From: Candidatus Andersenbacteria bacterium RIFCSPHIGHO2_02_FULL_46_16
GTDB lineage: Bacteria; Patescibacteriota; Andersenbacteria; UBA10190
NCBI GenBank assembly: GCA_001817065.1
Contig: MHHQ01000025.1
Location: 119,777-183,776 of the forward strand
Reading direction: 5' to 3'
DNA: 64,000 bases
Shown here: positions 59,976-64,000 of the stretch, piece after piece
Numbering within the stretch: the stretch's first letter is position 1
Layout: each line of letters starts with the position of its first letter
Position numbers and translations under genes: made by a program
The notes under the pieces: generated by a model
Seen by the model: only the letters and a program-made list of their open reading frames with translations
Database searches by the model: none
Told to the model about the DNA's origin: nothing

Positions 59976-61103
59976 CTAACTTTTTACCACTTCTTGATAA
60001 AATTCTAATGTTTGTTTAGCACAATTTTCCCATAAATACCTTTTTGCCTGGTTTCTGCCGAACATTATTAACTTTTGCCGATATATATTATCCGTTAACA
60101 CTAATTCTATTGCCCGTTCGATGTCCGCTGTATTTTCCGGATTCACAAAAGCTGCGCCCTTCCCCATCACTTCCGGTAGGCTCGTCACGTTCGCGGTAAT
60201 CACTGGTGTTCCACAAGCCGCCGCTTCAATTGCTGGCAAACCAAATCCTTCATATAAACTCGGAAAAACCAGCATCGTTGCCCCAGCGTACAGTGCCGGT
60301 AACAATTGATCCTTAATATGACCAACGAACTTAATCCGACCAGCATCAATCCTCAGCCTTTGCGCTAGTTTTTTAGCATCAACAAATCCTGGCATCGCAT
60401 TACCTGTTAACACCAGATCAATCTTTTTATGCTTAATAGCAATGTTTGCATAAGCTTCTAACAAACGAGGCAAGTTCTTGTGGTTCATCCAGACCCCCAC
60501 ATACAATAAATAATTTCTTTTGTTTAGCATCTTTTCTATCTCCTGACGGCTTGTGTCGGAAATTTTCTGGTAAAATTGCCCTTCCACTCCTTCGTAGATA
60601 ACCTTGGTGTTCACAGGGGCATTAATGGGTAAAGCGTTCAACTCATTGCACGTTGCATTAGAAACAAAAATGGCCCCTACTGCTTGCTCAACTGCCCTCT
60701 TAAAAACCTGCTCGTAGACAATTTGCTTCAGCAAACCCTGTTGCCTCTGCCCAGGAAAGATAAATCGAGTTATATCATGAACAGTAACCACGTAAGGCTG
60801 TCGAAACATGACCGGGACATTGAAATTAGGGAAATGCCATAAGTCCGCCCTGACCCTCTTTGCTTGTTGCCAAAATATCACCTGCTCCCGCCACGTATAA
60901 TACGAACTATCTACCGTCTTGACGGAAAAATTATCTGTTCGCTGAACAAATGCATTCTCTTGCCAAAGAGGCAAGTCCTCTGGACCAATCAAGATTATAT
61001 ACGTATTTTTCCGATCAATCTGAGCTAAGCCAGTAATCAAATTCCTTACGTACCTTCCCACCCCAGCCCAAGCCCAAGCCCTAGCATCTATGGCAATAAT
61101 CAT
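59976..61103 (-). CDS. Glycosyltransferase family 4
   Basis: YEGFGLPAIEAAACGTPVITANVTSLPEV. Confidence 0.75.
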   Translation of the reverse strand: MIIAIDARAWAWAGVGRYVRNLITGLAQIDRKNTYIILIGPEDLPLWQENAFVQRTDNFSVKTVDSSYYTWREQVIFWQQAKRVRADLWHFPNFNVPVMFRQPYVVTVHDITRFIFPGQRQQGLLKQIVYEQVFKRAVEQAVGAIFVSNATCNELNALPINAPVNTKVIYEGVEGQFYQKISDTSRQEIEKMLNKRNYLLYVGVWMNHKNLPRLLEAYANIAIKHKKIDLVLTGNAMPGFVDAKKLAQRLRIDAGRIKFVGHIKDQLLPALYAGATMLVFPSLYEGFGLPAIEAAACGTPVITANVTSLPEVMGKGAAFVNPENTADIERAIELVLTDNIYRQKLIMFGRNQAKRYLWENCAKQTLEFYQEVVKS

Positions 61104-61194
61104 TTCTTTAGATTAATCCCGCCTCAGCTTCGTGCAAGCGCATCGATTTTGGCAGTTTGTGCTTTTAACTCTTTCTGTGATCGCCCCTCCTTCA

Positions 61195-62382
61195 TCACCG
61201 CAGCTTTTTCCCTGCTGCTTGCTCTAAAACTTCCAATGTTTGTCTGGCCGCCCTATCCCAGGAAAATTTCTGCTTGATCTTCTCGATTGTCGCTGTTGTC
61301 ACTTTCGGCCGGTCACGTAATTGTTCTCCCATCACCTGCGCTAACTCCGCCACGTCGTAAGGGTTTACCATCGTCGCAAAATCACCAGCCACCTCCGGCA
61401 GCGATGAATTATTTGAAGTTATAACTGGTGTTCCCGCCAGCAGTGCTTCCAGCGGCGGAAAACCAAACCCCTCATAAAAACTGGGGTAGATAAATAATTC
61501 CGCTGCCTGGTACAATCGTTCTTTTTCTGCTTCAGTCACCTGCCCTATCTGGTGTATTTTCTGACGGGCCATCGACTTAGACACCGCACGCTTAATATTA
61601 CCCCCTAACCAACCACTCTCCCCGGCTATCACTAAATGATGAGGGACATCTGGCGCAATAGCCGTAAATGCCTCAATAATGCTGACTATATTTTTCCTCG
61701 GCTCCAATGTACCAAGATACAAAATGAATCGGTCCGGCAAGCCGTCGAGGTTGTTGTTTATACCAGACCGTCTGTCTATTAATTTCTCAATCTGACTTGC
61801 CATTTTTTCTGAAAAACTTTTTTCCGCTCCATTGCCAATCCCAGAATATACCACCGTTACCTTCTCTGGCTTTATATCATATAACCTTACTAGGTCATCT
61901 TTAGTGGCTTGCGATACAGCAATCACCTGTACTGCGCTCTTTAATAATTGCCGCGGACGCATCAGTTTATGCCAAAGACGCCTGCGCCACGAATAAAATT
62001 CCGGAAACATTTCATATGATAAATCATGCGCTGTCACGACATATGGCGTGTCAACCAGGGGTATTAACCGTGCATTAGGTACAAATATTACCGCTGGTTT
62101 TAGCCCAATCTTCCGCTGGATCATCTTGTCCCAGCGAGGTTGATTGATCACATATTGCCACAGATTAAATATCTTGTTGGGATAACAAAAAGCCACCACT
62201 TTAACAGCCGAACCAAAATCTGGCAGCATAATATTCCGCCAGGAATTATAAAATAACACCCATTCGTTATTCGGCGCCTGCTTCATCATGGCCCGAATTA
62301 TCTTTATCGCATATTCCTCTACGCCGCTATGCCTGCCTTCCATTAAAGATCGCACGTCTACACCAATAATCATTTTCTTCAC
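61195..62382 (-). CDS. Glycosyltransferase family 4
   Basis: [29 protein letters not shown]. Confidence 0.75.
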   Translation of the reverse strand: MKKMIIGVDVRSLMEGRHSGVEEYAIKIIRAMMKQAPNNEWVLFYNSWRNIMLPDFGSAVKVVAFCYPNKIFNLWQYVINQPRWDKMIQRKIGLKPAVIFVPNARLIPLVDTPYVVTAHDLSYEMFPEFYSWRRRLWHKLMRPRQLLKSAVQVIAVSQATKDDLVRLYDIKPEKVTVVYSGIGNGAEKSFSEKMASQIEKLIDRRSGINNNLDGLPDRFILYLGTLEPRKNIVSIIEAFTAIAPDVPHHLVIAGESGWLGGNIKRAVSKSMARQKIHQIGQVTEAEKERLYQAAELFIYPSFYEGFGFPPLEALLAGTPVITSNNSSLPEVAGDFATMVNPYDVAELAQVMGEQLRDRPKVTTATIEKIKQKFSWDRAARQTLEVLEQAAGKKLR

Positions 62383-62441
62383 TTAATAGGCTTTAATTTG
62401 TCTCTTCCATAATCATGCCCTAATTTTATGTTATCAAACCA

Positions 62442-63074
62442 TTAATCCTCCGACTGCTTTGCCTCAGCGCTCAAACTAGCTCTTAATAGAACTACATTAA
62501 CCCCACCAAACAATACTAACAGGAAGACACTGACCGAGATTACTGCTGCGGCCACCCGACCTACTCCCACCCAAGATTCAGTCGGTATTACTTTAAATAT
62601 TAGCGCTGGTATACCCTCCTTATGATATTTCTCTACATTTTCCTTCATTACCTCCTGCAGCCCCTCTGTTAACCTCAAGGCCTTCTCCTTGTCTTTATGC
62701 CGCACAACTATCTCCACCAATTGAGGTCCCGTCTTATTAGCTTGCACTGCCCGAAACAATGCTCGCGGTTCTTCACTCGGCGCGGTCAAGTTAGCTTGTC
62801 TATAGGCCGCGGCAATGACCTCTGGTGTTTTTACCCACGAGGCTAAAGTCGTCGTAAATAAATCTGTCGCTGATAATGCATAATAGCCATCGTACCGAAA
62901 ACTGCTGCTTGTTTCTCTTTCGCTTAGTGAGACCAAGTAAGAATAATGCACTTCATAATCTGGCTTACTCCTTTCTGCCCAGACAAAAGCCAAGACTGCC
63001 GCTGATGCACTAATTAAGATAAGCCCAAGTGAAGCTTTCTTTATGGCTTCTAGATAATAATTATATGCCGTCAT
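62442..63074 (-). CDS. Wzz/PCP-like polysaccharide chain-length determinant candidate with N- and C-terminal TM helices
   Basis: Bitopic topology and a size of 210 aa, located inside a GT4 cluster. I recognise no strong motif. Confidence 0.35.
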   Translation of the reverse strand: MTAYNYYLEAIKKASLGLILISASAAVLAFVWAERSKPDYEVHYSYLVSLSERETSSSFRYDGYYALSATDLFTTTLASWVKTPEVIAAAYRQANLTAPSEEPRALFRAVQANKTGPQLVEIVVRHKDKEKALRLTEGLQEVMKENVEKYHKEGIPALIFKVIPTESWVGVGRVAAAVISVSVFLLVLFGGVNVVLLRASLSAEAKQSED

Positions 63075-63086
63075 AAATTTAACTTT

Positions 63087-64000
63087 TTATTGTTGCCCAC
63101 GCCGTTTCCAGATGCAATACTCGTTATTCACTTTCTCCTCTATACCACTCATAAAAGCTTGTTTACTAAACTTCTCCGCGTGCCGTCTGATTACTGACGG
63201 ATCAAACGTAATTTTTTGCCATTCTAAAATGCCACCTTTTATACTTTGCACTGTTTGCTCTGAAAAAAAAACTCCTGTTTTACCAGGCACTATAGTTTCT
63301 AAAGCGCCACCCGCTCCATAAGCTATAGTTGGTCGGCCACTTGCGGCCGCTTCTAGCGGTGTTATGCCAAAGTCTTCCTCTTGAGGAAACAACAACGCCT
63401 TCGCTCCCCGATAAACCAATGCCAATTTATCATCCGGCACAAATCCTAAAAAGCTTGTCCATCTCTTAGCGCGCCGACGCAGCAGGCTTTCTTCCGGCCC
63501 AACTCCTACTATCTTCAAGGGATATCCCAAGTCTTCGCAAGCATCAATGGCTAATTCAATTCTTTTATATGGCACCAATCTGGAAACGACCAAAAAATAC
63601 TCGTCGCCGTACACACCATTAATGCTGAATGTGTCCAAATTAACGGGCGGTGCCACCACATATGCTGCACGACGATAATACTTTTTGATTCTCTTAGCCA
63701 CATATTCTGACAAAGTTATATACGCATGTACCCGCTGCGCCGCATAGTAATCCCATAGTCTGATATAAGACAAACCCAGCGGTGCCAAGCGCTGCAGCAT
63801 CCGTCCCGGGGCAAACTCCCTCACGTAACGGTGACTGTCATCCCATGCGTATCTAGTAGGTGTAAAGCAATAAGAGACATGCATCGTCCGCGGCCCCGCA
63901 ATAATTCCTTTACCAAAACTGTGACTAGCCGATAATACAATGTCATACTGCCTTAAATCAAATTGCTCTACGGCAAGCGGCATCAAGGCCAGCGGAAAAT
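63087..64000 (-). CDS. Glycosyltransferase family 4, probably truncated by the window edge so that its N-terminus lies beyond 64000
   Basis: QEEDFGITPLEAAASGRPTIAYGAGGALE GT4 C-domain. The ORF runs off the end of the window. Confidence 0.65.
   Translation of the reverse strand, partial: FPLALMPLAVEQFDLRQYDIVLSASHSFGKGIIAGPRTMHVSYCFTPTRYAWDDSHRYVREFAPGRMLQRLAPLGLSYIRLWDYYAAQRVHAYITLSEYVAKRIKKYYRRAAYVVAPPVNLDTFSINGVYGDEYFLVVSRLVPYKRIELAIDACEDLGYPLKIVGVGPEESLLRRRAKRWTSFLGFVPDDKLALVYRGAKALLFPQEEDFGITPLEAAASGRPTIAYGAGGALETIVPGKTGVFFSEQTVQSIKGGILEWQKITFDPSVIRRHAEKFSKQAFMSGIEEKVNNEYCIWKRRGQQ

Overview
The window reads as a very large glycan-biosynthesis island from a low-GC bacterium that uses Shine-Dalgarno sites. 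The lineage is unknown: the gene content resembles Gram-positive and CPR/Patescibacteria-like genomes, with YfhO, DUF4012 and a stand-alone RNAP alpha-CTD-like protein. A same-strand array of about 27 kb (25.1-52.7 kb, minus strand) carries about 10 GT-C membrane glycosyltransferases (GT39/PMT/ArnT-like, TPR-fused, YfhO-like), GT2/GT4 enzymes, a complete decaprenyl-phospho-arabinose-type module (HAD-UbiA fusion, DprE1-like, DprE2-like) and AsnB. It also carries dTDP-rhamnose genes (rmlA, rmlC, rmlD) interleaved with a full ADP-heptose pathway (gmhA, hldA-type kinase, gmhB, hldC-type adenylyltransferase, hldD). That pathway sits directly next to a split transketolase and a transaldolase, which make sedoheptulose-7-phosphate. 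A divergent CDP-sugar locus (rfbF-like) lies near the start of the window. lepA, murJ, a DUF4012-like protein, three GT4 genes and a Wzz-like protein lie near the end. Two interspersed repeat families are visible. One is a GC-rich palindromic element of 170-240 bp with about 23-bp terminal inverted repeats, present in 4 copies, two of them 100% identical and inverted around a 3-gene segment. The other is a MITE-like element of about 250-270 bp with about 35-bp terminal inverted repeats, present in 2 copies that fill whole intergenic gaps, one of which supplies the stop codon of the neighbouring gene. An ORF-free stretch of about 1 kb with a 60-nt direct repeat follows two tandem GNAT genes. 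All calls rest on reading the sequence and remembered family motifs; no database search was run.
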